Source of the DNA: Podarcis pityusensis | Taxonomy: Eukaryota | Length of the DNA: 64,000 nt | Direction: 5' to 3' (one strand) | Assembly (NCBI GenBank): GCA_964106645.2 | Contig: OZ067043.1 | Part shown: positions 23,441-36,006 of the stretch, piece after piece | Numbering within the stretch: position 1 is the stretch's first letter | How the letters are laid out: the number at the start of each line of letters is the position of its first letter | Program-made: the position numbers and the translations under genes | Notes under the pieces: generated by a model | What the model was told of the DNA's origin: nothing | Databases searched by the model: none | The model's input: only the letters and a program-made list of their open reading frames with translations

Positions 23441-24633
23441 GCATCTCATTTTATTTATCCGTTTGCAGCTTTTGCACCCTACCTTTCCGCCTGATAACAG
23501 GCCTCGAAGACAATAAGTGAGAACTGATAGATAACAGAATAGTGAGATCTTTGAAAAGGCTGCAATGACTTATGAAGGCTCACGTGCAGAGCAGATAGAT
23601 GGTGATAGAAAACCTCTCAGCAAGCACTAAATATTGTTGTTGCAGCTGTGAGTAAGGTTTTCAGAGAACAACCCCTCCCCTCCTGACACCCTCATACTTT
23701 CACTTGGGCCTGCCTTCTCTTTTACTAATGGTTGGAAACACAAAGCCCCAAAGTGGTCCCTCCTGAAAAGGCGCGGGAGCCAGTTTAGGAATAAAAGCAA
23801 GCGCCCACTTTGTCGCAGCACACTGTGCTGTAGCGCTGCCTCTCTTGAAAGCCAATTGCAATGTTATGTTATTTGGCTATGATAACAGATCACAGAAATG
23901 ATGTGGATGGAAGGAGACCCTTGTTTAACTCATAGAAGGGCAAATGATGGATTTCACAGCCCGATTATCAGAAATTGGCCAATATCCCAGCAAGTGATGT
24001 ATACGGCAGTCAGATGAGAACTGCTGGAGAAGGATGTGTGGGCTTGTGAATAAAGTGCTTGATTAGGGCTTGCTGATAAACCCCATGTGAACCCAGGCAC
24101 TTCACTCCCCATGCATAGCGAAGATTGCTTAAATACAACTTGTTAAAACACTCTAACAGCTTTTAGGCACTCAAATCTGAATTGTTAAAAAATAGTGAAT
24201 GGATTATTTCTCCCAGTCTGGGGTGCAGTGATGACTTCTGTGTTTGTGTGTGTTCCAACAGCCAGTACGGATCATATCGCCAGATGCCTGAATCTCAGTA
24301 CTTCTCAATGGAAACAACTCACACGTTCACATGTGAGTACTGGAGCGATGGGAAGGGACGGATGAATGCCTGAGACCCAGTCAGGTGTATTGCTTTCACA
24401 TATTACTTTCCTCAGCTATTCCCACAGCCAATCAGCTGGACAGCATAGAAGGGGGAAGCAAATGGGATCTCAAGTGCTCTGCCTCCATCTGCTCCGTAGC
24501 TGATTGGTGCTAGCAACTGCGCTCCCTCAGCTGTTTGGCAGGCTGCAGGGATTGAAGGTGCATGAGGATGACTGTCTCCATGGACCTTCCCCGCAGTTGC
24601 ATTCACACTTCCTCCAGTGGTTGGGCAGCCTGC

Positions 24634-25235
24634 TGTCAGGAGTCAGGAGTAGGTCAGCAATAAAAAAACAACGACACTGGTATCAGTGAAGTTAACACTT
24701 GATGCAAAGAAACCAAAGCAGTGCAGGCCTACCTAGTGATCACAGCAGCTCTTCCCAGTAGCTCTTGCCTCAACGAGGCAGTTGCGAGGACTGAAGGTCT
24801 CTGCCTTCCCTTCTCTAAGAACCCTCCCTGGTTCCTTCCCCAGCAGCCTAAGAGTCCATCACCTTGTCTCCCATTGCTCCACCCTCTTCATTTATCTGAC
24901 TGTTCTGGCAGACAAGGTAGGAGGGGAGATGGTTGCAGCAGGAGGTGGAGACTCCCTGGAGCCTGCCACATCTCTGTCTCCTGGTCCCCCCTCCTTTCCT
25001 GCCTCTGAGTTTGGACCGCTCTCTGCCACAGCCTCTTCCTGCTCACTAAATCCTGTTGACTCTTCAGCTTCTGACACCTCCCCCCCCCCAGTCTGCTCCC
25101 TCTTCTCCCTCTGACCACACATCGTCATCCCACCACCAATCCCCTGGCTCTGAGCCTCCTTCCCCTGGGGGTTCTCGTAGGGGTTCCCCAGCTGATGCCT
25201 CCCACCACTCCTCTTCATCCAGTCAGTCTACGACA
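24634..25235 (-). mobile_element. Solo LTR (Gypsy/ERV-like), ~600 bp
   Basis: Termini TGTC..GACA (short inverted ends); purine-rich minus strand; TSD only partial (CCTGC/GCTGG). Confidence 0.6.
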
Positions 25236-27167
25236 GCTGGGGCAAGTGCACAGAGTTCTGTCTCCCAAGCAAGGTTGAATTAGTTGGTGGAGAGGTGTCA
25301 GGGGAAATCCATGACAGGTCACAGGAAAGCACATTCAGAGTTTTCCTCAAATAATTGTGGGCACCGTAGTTTACCTGTCAAACAGTTAAAATTCCAAGTA
25401 ACTTTTTGAGCGAAGGAATGTGCTTCAAATGTGCTCTAAAGGTATAGTGTGAGGGGGACTCACATTTGGTTGGCTTATTGTCTAGGGGAGCCCTATACAC
25501 ATTCATCAGCGCATGTGTAAAGTTTCTTCACAAACTCGGCAAATGCAGATGAGGTGAGGGGCATGGCAGCAGTGTACATTGATAGCAGAAGTGGGGATAG
25601 TCTGCCTGACCCCGTGACACTTCCTTGTGTGTTGTCTCTTCTGATCTTTCTAATAACAATGATTACTCAGATCTGAAGATAAATGATAGATAGATAGATT
25701 GAGGGTTTATCCCATCCTTCAACTGTATCGCACTTAGGGCAGCTACATCTGTTTTAAAACAAGCAAATTCCAACCAAAAATAATAAAACAATCAAGCCTT
25801 CATGGAATGCTAAAACAAAGACAGGTGCTGCATATAAAACCAATCGAAAAACACTTGAGTTGGCAACATTTTGCAAATATCCCCCCATTCATAGTCCACA
25901 CACTTTCTCATCTTCTAGGGCACAATAAGCACTGGGGTACTTTAAAGAGTTTGATGCGAGTGTGATAATATATCCCAGATATTTAGCTTCTGATCTTTTT
26001 GCAAACAAAATGCTGCAGCTCTGTACTTGAGCACACACTGCATCTCTCTCTCTCTGTGAAATTTACAGGGCCATGCTTGGCAGATAACAACAGAACCTGC
26101 CTCTTTTGTTGAAGCTTGAGAGTGTCTGGTGCTTTTATCCTAAATGTCTCCAGAGTTTAAATTCCCAGAAGTGGCTGAGTTACTGGGCATCAGAATGCAC
26201 TGAAGAATGATAGGTGATCAAACATACTGCTGACCAAGAGAAAGAGATCCAGCTCATTTTTACTGCCTTGTAAGCAATGTTGAAATAAGGTCATGTCAGA
26301 ATGATGCCTTTCATACCCACAAGAAAAAAAGCACATGCTCACAGCCTGCTGAAGGCGAACAATGTTTGACAGCTAACAGACTTCATGTGTGTGTAGACTA
26401 AGCAGGGTCTGCAGAATTTTTGTGGAATTCCTTTTACAGAACATATTGGGTAGGCTATATCCTCCTTTGCTCCTGGATGCCAAGGGCACTGTTATAAACA
26501 GCTCCTTATATTGTTAAAAAATGTGTGTTTCATTTAAGGCTTTTAAAAAAATAATTCTTATTTATTTTAAAACTAATTGCATCCTCACAATCTTTTTTTT
26601 TTACAACACAACCAGAAAAAGGGGATTAGGATAAAATAAAATTACAGACTGCATAACAGAGCAAAAGCTTTGTGTGATACATTACAGTAGGCGACATTGT
26701 GGACAAGGTAAATACATTACTATGACTCAAATACTAAAAATAACATAATCCTCTTTTTTTTTTTTTGTTCTTCCGGGTGTGTGTGTGGCTTAATCCAATA
26801 ACTGTTTACTCAGGAAGCAACATTACTACATCTAGAGATGCACAAAGGCTTGGCGTGGGAAATGACTGTGTTCTCTTTTGATAGTGAAATCAATAAAGTT
26901 AAACCATTTCACCTTAAATGTATCCTAGCACACCATGTATGCGGGACCATGGGGGCCCGAGCCCCCGCCCTATTTTCACTGATGGGGCAGGGCACCCTCC
27001 ATATTCCACAGCTGGGCAGGCCCTTTCGGGCACCCCTGTGGCTGTGGTGTGCTCTGTTGGGCCCTCCCACGGCTGCGACTAAGACCTCCTCCCACTTTGT
27101 GACATCACAGGCCATGCATGCGATGGGCTCCCACAATGTTGGGCGGAACCCGGCATGCCTGAACATA

Positions 27168-27557
27168 CCATACTTTTCCGTGTATAAGACTAGGTGGTTG
27201 TTGTTGTTGTTGTTTGTTTTAAAAAGCTAAAAAGTGGGGGTCATCTTATATATGGGTGGACGTTTGATTGGTTGCTGCTGTGGCTGTCAATGGCTGTTGT
27301 TGTTTGGTTGACGCTGCGGCAATTGGGCGGGTGATTGGCAGCTTCTGCCAGCAAGGGGACAGATGAGAAGCATATTTTTTGATGCCTGTGGGCGAATGAT
27401 TTTCGGCAAATTCCCTGACAGAAAGCTCAACAACCCTGCACAGTCCTCCCCCTCAAAAAGCTCAACAACTCTGGTCAATTCTTCCCTAAAAAAGCTTAGC
27501 AACTCTGTGCCATCTTCTCTCCATTTTCTAAAATTTGAGTCCCCCAAAATGGGGGGC
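27168..27557 (+). mobile_element. pogo/Tigger-like MITE, truncated
   Basis: TA-CCATACTTTTCCGTGTATAAGAC terminus related to 58097; internal GGGGGTCATCTTATA. Confidence 0.55.
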
Positions 27558-28146
27558 TAACAGTCTTGTTTTGTAATGTTCAGTGCCAGGGCCTCATAAT
27601 ATAGGGGGTCTTGGGGTCTTGCCAACTGGGCAGATCTAGGCCCAGTTGCTTAATAACATTAAATATGTGACCTATGGGTCTATGACTGTATAACAGTTAC
27701 AAAAGCATGGACTTACTGTTTAGTAAAGTTAGGGGGAATTTCCAAAAGGCGGTGCTTTGTCCTGGATATTAGGCAAGTCAATTGAAAACCTCAACAACTT
27801 TTGGGGGTTTGTCTAAAAAAAACTCAGTAACTTTTGGGTGACCTGACTTTTATTTATTGAAATATGGCAACCCAACCCTAAATAAAGTTCCATCCGTATA
27901 TAATATGCAAAATTTCTCACCCACTTAATCTTTAACTTATTTATCTTGCATTTGACTTTTCAACAGTTTATACTTTTTCACAATAACATGTTCATCATCT
28001 GTACAAAACATGGAAATATAATGAAAATGCTTTATATTAGGGGAATTTGCATGCAAAAACATGTGCATTTGGCAAAATTACCGATACATGGATATGATAT
28101 GTGGAGAAATATGCATTAAAATGTTGAAGAATTTTCATGAGGCCTT

Positions 28147-28147
<1 letters not shown>

Positions 28148-28190
<43 letters not shown>
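28148..28190 (+). repeat. (TAA)n microsatellite
   Basis: Direct reading. Confidence 0.95.
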
Positions 28191-30024
28191 TGCATGCTGT
28201 TGAGATATGCAGTGAATTTAAGTTTAGAAAAATAAGAAAGTGAAAGTGAAAAGCTTTCTCCTGGTATAATGTTCCCCTGCTACTTTTTGTCTAAAGTAGC
28301 ATCTGCATAGATACTGATGTTTGGTTGAAGCTCTTCTCAGGTCATACTGCTCTTTATTTAATATCTATCTTCCTGCCATCCAATGCTCCCTATCCTATAT
28401 TTCCATACTGAATTCAGATTTAAACATGAAAATTGAGCAAAGCAAACTGCACAAGTTTTATTCATCTGCACATTGCAAACTAAAAACATAATTGGCACAG
28501 AACCGTATATAAATCACCCCAGTTGTGGGACGGGGGTGGAGGGAGTGGTCCCTCTCTGGACCAGGTAAGCAAATTTGTAACAAATGCCAAAATCTGTTTG
28601 CAAAAGCTATCTGAAGACAGCTATTGTTGAACAGACTAGGCAAGATATTACCACTGAGGATGACGTTTTATCTGCTCATTCCACTCTATCAAGCCTTTTC
28701 AAGTCAAAGAAAATTGTTTGTTGGCTTTGGTGTACGTCTTGTATGGGGTTGCTACTAGCACTATCACCATTCCTCTAATGTGACTTTCCATAGAATCTCT
28801 TTGTTCTACCCCATGTTTCTTTGGTAGTGCTGATAGCCGTACAGTTTGTTTTTGCCTTATTGATGAATAAATCCTTTGCCTTGCTGTGTCTGCAGGATCC
28901 TTTCTTCCAATGAGCAATGTGTTAGCTAAGCAGGGCAATATCATCAGTGGAATTGAGGTCATCCAATTGTGTTTTATCATTTTGTCCCAGGGAACAAAAT
29001 CATCTATTTGAGATGCTCAGCTACCTTTTCTCCTTCGCAAATTCCCCCCAGCCTGCAAACACTTTTCTTAGATTATGCTCACAATTTTCACTGCTTGGCT
29101 CTATATATCCTTGTTCACACTTATAAAGAGAGTGTTGCAAATATTTTTATACAGTATTCCATCTGTGTCAGTTATTTCTGAGTGCAGTATGGCACCAAAA
29201 TAGTGCTTTTGTGATCTGAACAGATAGCATAAGTCTTAAATATTCATTCTTATATTTTCCCGTTTTTCTGGCCAGAAATACTCATAGGTTTTAAAGTGTC
29301 ACCGTGTGCCACATTGCTTGAGGCTCTTCAGTGGTTTTGCAGTTGATCCAGCCAGAACTAAATATGATGACAGTGGAAACAGCGTGATGTCACCAGAAAT
29401 GATGCACAGACTTTTCAGTGCACTTTATAATCTCCCCCAAGGTTAAGCACAAAGGGAGGGCAATTGAAACAGGAGGGAAGGAGACAATGGCAGTAGGAGA
29501 GGGCTTCTTCTGCTTAGGGGGTGCAGTTTCTCCCTCACAGAGCTACAGTTCCCAGCACCCTAAAATCTACAGTTCCAGGATTCTTCTAGGGACACCCTGT
29601 GCATTGAATGTACTTTAAAATCATGGTGTGGATCTGCCCAACATTCATGACAAAATGTACACAAGCCTCACTCATCTCATGGTCACCATTTATTAACTTA
29701 TTTTATCAATGCAGTAGTTATTGCTTGAGCCATTTGCCTTTTAATGCTTAATTTTTGCCTACCACAACTGGGAAACTGGGGAGTATGATACCCATTGTGT
29801 TGTCATGCTATGGAGGGTGGGCACTTCAACCAGACTAAGTTTCTGTTGGGATACACCAAACAGCTAGCTAGGAGGTGAAAGGGTATGCAATAGAAATCAT
29901 ACTATGAGAAGGGGGGAGGCAGCTGAAAGAACTGAAAGAGGATGAGGGGAATAAATCAAAGTTGCAAGTGTTGTGATCGCTCTCCTTGGTGATCCCAGGA
30001 AGGATACCTAATGGTGCTAGAACG

Positions 30025-30363
30025 GGCCAGTCATGACCGACTCTAGGGTTGCGCGCTCATCTCGCTCAAGAGGCCGGGAGCCGGTGCCGTCCGAAGACAC
30101 TTCCGGGTCACGTGGCCAGTGTGACGAAGCTGCAGCTGGCGAGCCAGCACCAGCGCCGCACACGGAAACACCGTTTACCTTCCCGCTATAAAGCGGTACC
30201 TATTTATCTACTTGCACTTAGGGGTGCTTTCGAACTGCTAGGTGGGCAGGACCTGGGACCGAACGATGGGAGCTCACCCCGCCACGGGGATTCGAACCGC
30301 CGACCTTACGATCAGCAAGTCCTAGGCACTGAGGTTTTTACCCACAGCACCACCCGCGTCCCC
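30025..30363 (-). mobile_element. Sauria SINE (Squam1/POM-type), CpG-rich, tail missing
   Basis: Minus strand GGGACGCGGGTGGTGCTGTGGGTAAAA..GGTCGGCGGTTCGAATCCCCG (A/B box)..GCAGTTCGAAAGCAC..AAATAGGTACCGCT. Confidence 0.93.
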
Positions 30364-31111
30364 AGAGTTAATAAATAGACTGTCTTTAAATGCATCCTAA
30401 TTGGATATTTCCCTTGTGTTCACAAAGATACTGGATGGAAGTGCATTTTGGATCTCTGATTTGTAAATCAAAGCTACATTCCTTATTGGAGCAGTGAAAC
30501 ATCCACTTGCTTTCTCAGTGCAATATAATGGGCACACTGGATGCAAAATAGTGTGTGTGATTTCTCCATGTTTTGGCGGATAGTTAGGATGCCTTCAGAT
30601 GAGGGGATTATTCTGCTAAGGTTCTCTTATTTTAATGCTAGCACTTCTATCCCAGATTCTAAAGTTCTTTGCACAATGGATAACCTGCTGCATTACAGAC
30701 CTGTGGCTTTTTGACCAATATACCACCTTGCCATGCTAAATTTTAAATGGCAGGAAATAACTGTATGCCTGACTACAGCCCCAAATCTTATCACATGAGA
30801 TCACAAGGCAGAACACAGTCTACTTTCTGGGTTAACAGGGTTGCAAAAAGATTTTTTTTAATATATTTTGGGGGGAAGAAAATAACATGGAAATGATTGC
30901 TAAACTTTTGCTACTTTCTGTTAGCTTTCCAGAAGTGGCTTTTACATGATGTGAGAGATCACATAAAACATGGAAATGGTTAGATAATGAAACATGGGGG
31001 AAATGAAATAAAGTGACCTCTGAATACAGCCCTAGTGGGACTGAGCCCAGAATTCTAGAGTAATATGTCTAACCGGTATGTAATGGACAGCACCTAGATC
31101 ACTGCTATTGC

Positions 31112-31523
31112 ACTTGTTGGCATCTGTATGTCTCGAGAGACAATGGAGTGCACCTCTGGGGGTGAAGTCAAACCGCTGGAGAATCACAGCTCCTACTGTG
31201 GCTGCAGAGACCAGTAATTTGTAACTGCTGCCTCCCATGTTGTTTTTTGTTGCATTGGCAGAAGTGATGTCTTCAGGGTACAATCCTGGGCAGTTTGTAT
31301 GGAGGTCCTGGGCTGCCCAGACCACAAGACACACACACACACCTAGCCTTGCTGCTGTGGTCCGAAGGAAAGCAGAGCCACACATTTGGCAGAAGCTTGG
31401 CTGCAGGAGTTGCGAAAGGAGGTGTGCAAGATGCCATCCAACCATCTTAGGAACTCCACTCCAGATCTCTGTGGGGTTAACTCCTTACCGGTTCTTTTCC
31501 CAAAGATGTCCCACAAGGCAGCC
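31112..31523 (-). mobile_element. Bipartite non-autonomous RTE derivative (5' UTR joined to 3' end)
   Basis: Minus-strand 5' part CTGCCTTGTGGGAC..GGAGTTAACCC..TCTGGAGTGGAGTTCCTAAG; 3' part codes TGLCSHSRSC..* and ends GAGACATACAGATGCCAACAA. Confidence 0.6.
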
Positions 31524-33269
31524 GGTAATGCTTTTGCACTAAATAAATATTAACTGGTAGTGGCAGTAATAGACTTCTGACACATCTTTCATTCCAGCCT
31601 CTTTTCTTCCAATACTGAAATAGCATGGAGCCCAAGCTGGCATGAATCATATTTTGTGCAAGCAAATGTTTGCAGAGAAACAACAGATAGGAAGCTATCA
31701 ACTTCCTGTCAAGTCCCTTATGTTCAGCTATCTGTGCTCCTAGATAGTGGCAGAGATAGGGATGGAATAAAGAAGACACAGAGCTACACATAACGATTTC
31801 TTTAAAAGGGTATAATTTGGAAAAGCTTTCCTATTTTCACTTTATTGGTTATTTTTAGTTGAACAGCTGTTCATTCTCTGTGCTGATATAAAATTTGTCC
31901 TCATCATTTCTGAAAGGGGGAGGGAGAAAAAATATTTCTCTGTTCCTGTAGCTGTAGAATTCAACTTTAGAGGTCACTTATTGTTTCCAAGTTCAATGTA
32001 CTCTGGAAGGAATCTATATTCTTCTCATATGGTTGCTGGGCATGAAAGCAATCTCTAAATACTCAGAGGATAAAATGAGGTCAAACCTGCAATTCCGCCA
32101 GGCTGTCGTCTGTTGAAACCAACCCTCAGACCCTTTGCTTTGTTTCTCTCAATGCAGTTTAGAAAACATAGCACTGGGAAATTATTTCATGATAAACAGA
32201 AACTGAAAAGCACTCAGGAATCGGCAGCCTTGAGCTATTCCCCGAAGAAGAGTTGGGGGAATTTCAATTGGTCTGGTAATTTTTTTTTTTTGCTGTTGAA
32301 TGAAAAGCTATTCCAAAACAAAACAAGAAATAACAATATTTTAGTGGCACCATTCGTAACATCTCATAACAGCATTTTCTTTTTAAAATATATATATATA
32401 TTTAAAAAAATCCAAATAGAGATGCTTGATAAATTTGATTCATGGATTTTTGCACTTTTCCTACAATACAGTGCTTGGTTCCCAAAAAAGGGATGGGCAC
32501 CCAAATGCGTTAAATATGTATATTTTGGGATAAAATACATTTATAACTGCATACATTAAAATAGGTATTTAAATGCAATTTGGGGGATAAAATAGTGTGC
32601 AAATTTTGTGCAGGCTGTTCTTTTTTTAAAAAAATGCAGAGTAATGTGAAAATGAGACAGAATGGGAATTATGAATTAACAGAACACATGCAAAACCAGC
32701 ACAGAAGGATCCACCACCTACCCCTAATTGCAAACTCGCATCAACACAATGCCCACACGCCCAAATGTAACCTTTGTATGATTCTTGTTCCTGTGATGAC
32801 ACTTCTCTTTCTCAAGGTGGAAGTTGCTTAGTATATAATGGACTTGCGGCTATCCATTCTATGGAGTATTCTCACATGCCAAAACACCTATTATCGTCTG
32901 ACCAAGCACAATAGATTATTGAGACAAATCCACAGAATAACACAAATACAGGGTTATTGAAGGAAGCGTGGAGGTCAGATTCAAACTGCTGTTCTAAATA
33001 GAAATCCTATTGTTCATTAAGCCATCAAGAAATGAATTCAAGCCATTCTGCTTTTGGGGTTTTTCAGGGAGAAGAACCAGCCATGGACCACAGTAGAAGT
33101 TATCTGAATTATGTAAGTTGTCTCTGTCAATTTCAGGTGGGAAGAGAGATTTTAAACTGTAACATTATAAACCTACAAACAGACAATAGTTGATGATATT
33201 TACATAATATGGGGATTAACTTTCTTTTTGATAGACACTATTTAAATCCCCTGGTCAAATGAACATTAA

Positions 33270-33360
33270 GGCTGTAGTCAGTCCTAACCTTACCTGAAAG
33301 TAAGACACATTGAATTCAGAATGACTTAATTCTGGGTAGGTATGGATAGGATTCTGCTGC
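33270..33360. mobile_element. Short palindromic repeat (AATCCTA..TAGGATT family; other copies ~47765, 50280, 51470)
   Basis: GTCCTAACCTTACCTGAAAGTAAG..ATTGAATTCA..GACTTA..GGTAGGTATGGATAGGATT. Confidence 0.5.
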
Positions 33361-34883
33361 AAGTCATCTTGATAATGGTCTGAAGGCACATGTGGTGTTT
33401 CTTTCTATGTCTGATGGTAAGCATGATTGTTCCTATATACTGCATGGATTAGATACATGGATAAGACATGGTGAGCTCTTTGGAGAAAGAGTGGAGCATA
33501 ATGGTAATGAATGACTATACAAATAAAAACCAGATTTTTAAATACAACAAAAGGGGGGCATTGTGAGGCCCTTTTCAAAATGTGTAAACTTTAGATGAAT
33601 ACCAAAATAATGCCAGCCCAAATAAAAGCCGTTCCTCCTTTCCTTGTTGATACCGACATCCAACAGATATGTTCACAATGTCACCCCAAAGTGAAACTTC
33701 AGTCCTGCTATTCATTCCCATCTCTATGAAACAAGGGATACTTTGCCATTAAAAAAAGTCAAGGAATGGATTCAGAAACAACCAGATACAAGAGTTTTAA
33801 CTGACATTTGCTGATCAGTTTAGTTTTCTCTATTTTTGCTCACTTTTGCACATTTCCCCACTAATGCTCACAAACTCTCAGAGCTGGATTTTCTTGGGTC
33901 ATGACATTGGTTAAATGTTTCTGCTTCAGGTGACTTTATTAAGCAGTGTATAACTCAATGCCTGTCTGCCTGTTTTACCTATGCCTAGTCATTATTTCTT
34001 TAATGGGCACACACTGAGAGACTTTCAATTCACAATACATTTCATTGACATTAATACAAATGCAGGGGAAGTTGCCTGTAACACAGTATTAATGTGCCAT
34101 GAAAAATCAAATGAAAAGCCTTAGCTTATTAAACATAATTGACAAACCTGCACAGATTTCAGAAGTTCAATAGTTGGCTCTGCTGCAAGCAGGACAAAAG
34201 TCCTGTTGATGTACACAATACCAGAATTGCATGAGAACAAGAAGGCTGTGTCATATAGCCTCCAGTCATATGCCCTCTGTATAGAATTAAATGCTTTAGG
34301 GAAAATGTGCAAGAAGCCACAAAGCAATTATGGATGCTTCATTCAAACTGTATCCTTTACTCCCAAATAATGACTGCCCCAAAGGTTTGACTGTAGGAGA
34401 TTTGGAGCATCATGTTTGCACACTTCCATCAATTATGAGTACACTAAACCTCTTTCTGAAACAATTATAGCATCATTCTTTATAACGCATGTGCAGCTAC
34501 CACCGATAAGGAATATTCCATCCAACCAGGTCAAGCACCACATAGATTCACTGTGCCAAATTTCAAACACTTGGAACAAATTATCAGAACATTCATGTTT
34601 TACAGTGGTGTAAGAAACCATCTTTTTCTATCAAAGGACCTGTAGCTAATGATGATTATCCTCAAAAAGCCATCATTCAGATTTTGGTATTGAAGTTCAA
34701 CACCATGATTTGAAATTAAATTTGTCTGGCTAAATTAATTGATAGTCTTGATTTACAATGTATTCGCTTCTAAGTCAACTTTCAGGATGCATGGGATGCC
34801 ATCAACAGATATGGAGAGCATCTGGGTTTTTTAGCTCATTCCATAAAGTACTTGTGGTTCCACCCAGTATTGGTTCATTCACA

Positions 34884-36006
34884 AGTGTATCTTGATTTCA
34901 GTAAGGCTTTTGACAAAGTCCCCTATGATATTCTCGTAAGGAAGCTGGTAAAATGTGAATTGAACGAGGTAACTGTCAGGTGGATTTATAGCTGGTTGAC
35001 CTAACCCTAAGAGTACTTATTAATGGTTCCTCATCATCCTGTAAAAAGGTGACAAGTGGGGTGCCGCAGGGTTCTGCCCTCGGCCCATTGTTGTTCAACG
35101 TCTTTATAAATGACTTTAATGAAGGAATTGAGGGGATGCCCATCAAATTTGCAGATTACACGAAACTGGGAGGGGTAGCTAATTCCACAGAAGACAGAAT
35201 CTAAATTCAAAATGACCTTAACAGATTGGAGAACTGGGTGCAAGCTAACAAAATGAAATTCAATAGGGACAAATGTAAGGTTCTGCATTTAAGACAAGAA
35301 GAATCAGATGCACAAATATAGGATGAAGGGCACCTGGCTTACTAGCAGTTCATGCGAAACGGACCTAGGAGTCTTCGTGGACCACAAGCTTAGCATGAGT
35401 CAACAGTGTGAAGCAGCAGCAAAAAAAGCTAATGCTATTCTAGGCTGCATCACTAGATGTCTAGCGTCCAGATCACGTGAAGTAATAGTACCACTCTATT
35501 CTGTCTTGGGCAGACCACACCTGGAATATTGTGTCCAGTTCTGGACACCACAATTTAAGAAGGATATTGACAAGCTGGAACGTGTGCAGAGGAGGGCAAC
35601 TAGGATGATCAAAGATCTAGAAGCCAAGCCTTATGAGGAATGGTTGAAGGAGGTTTAGCCTGGAAAAGAGGAGATATGATAGCCATCTTCAAATATCTGA
35701 AGGGCTGTCACATGGAGGATGGAGCAAGCTTGTTTTCTCCTGCTCTGGATGGTAGAACTTGAACCAATGGCTTCAAGTTGCAGGAAAGGAGATTCTAACT
35801 AAACATTTGGAAAAACTGACATTAAGAGCTGTTCGATAGTGGAACAGTCTCCCTTGGGAGGTTATGGACTCTCCTTCCTCAGAGGTTTTTAAGCAAAGAT
35901 TGGATGGCCATCTGTCATGGATGCTTTAGCTGAGATTCCTGCATTGCAGAGGCTTGGACTAGATGACCCTTAGGTCCCTTCCAACTCTAAGATTGTATGT
36001 TTCTAC
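34884..36006 (+). mobile_element. CR1 LINE, 5'-truncated (RT C-terminal half plus 3' UTR), pseudogenised
   Basis: VYLDFSKAFDKV; SGVPQGSALGPLLFNVFIND; KFADYTKLGG; ORF 35308-35658 with HLEYCVQFW..DKLERVQRRAT; decayed (ATTCTATG) tail. Confidence 0.95.

Noticed and set aside
30290-30363. tRNA gene
   Set aside because: A/B boxes belong to a SINE head; no complete cloverleaf. The same applies to 40520-40594 and 43300-43380.
31390-31470. Functional HDV-like ribozyme in the RTE 5' UTR
   Set aside because: Only a vague P3/L3-like remnant; I could not build the nested double pseudoknot in this copy.
32113-32559. 148-aa ORF
   Set aside because: Overlaps an AT-rich DNA-transposon-like repeat; no protein-like features.
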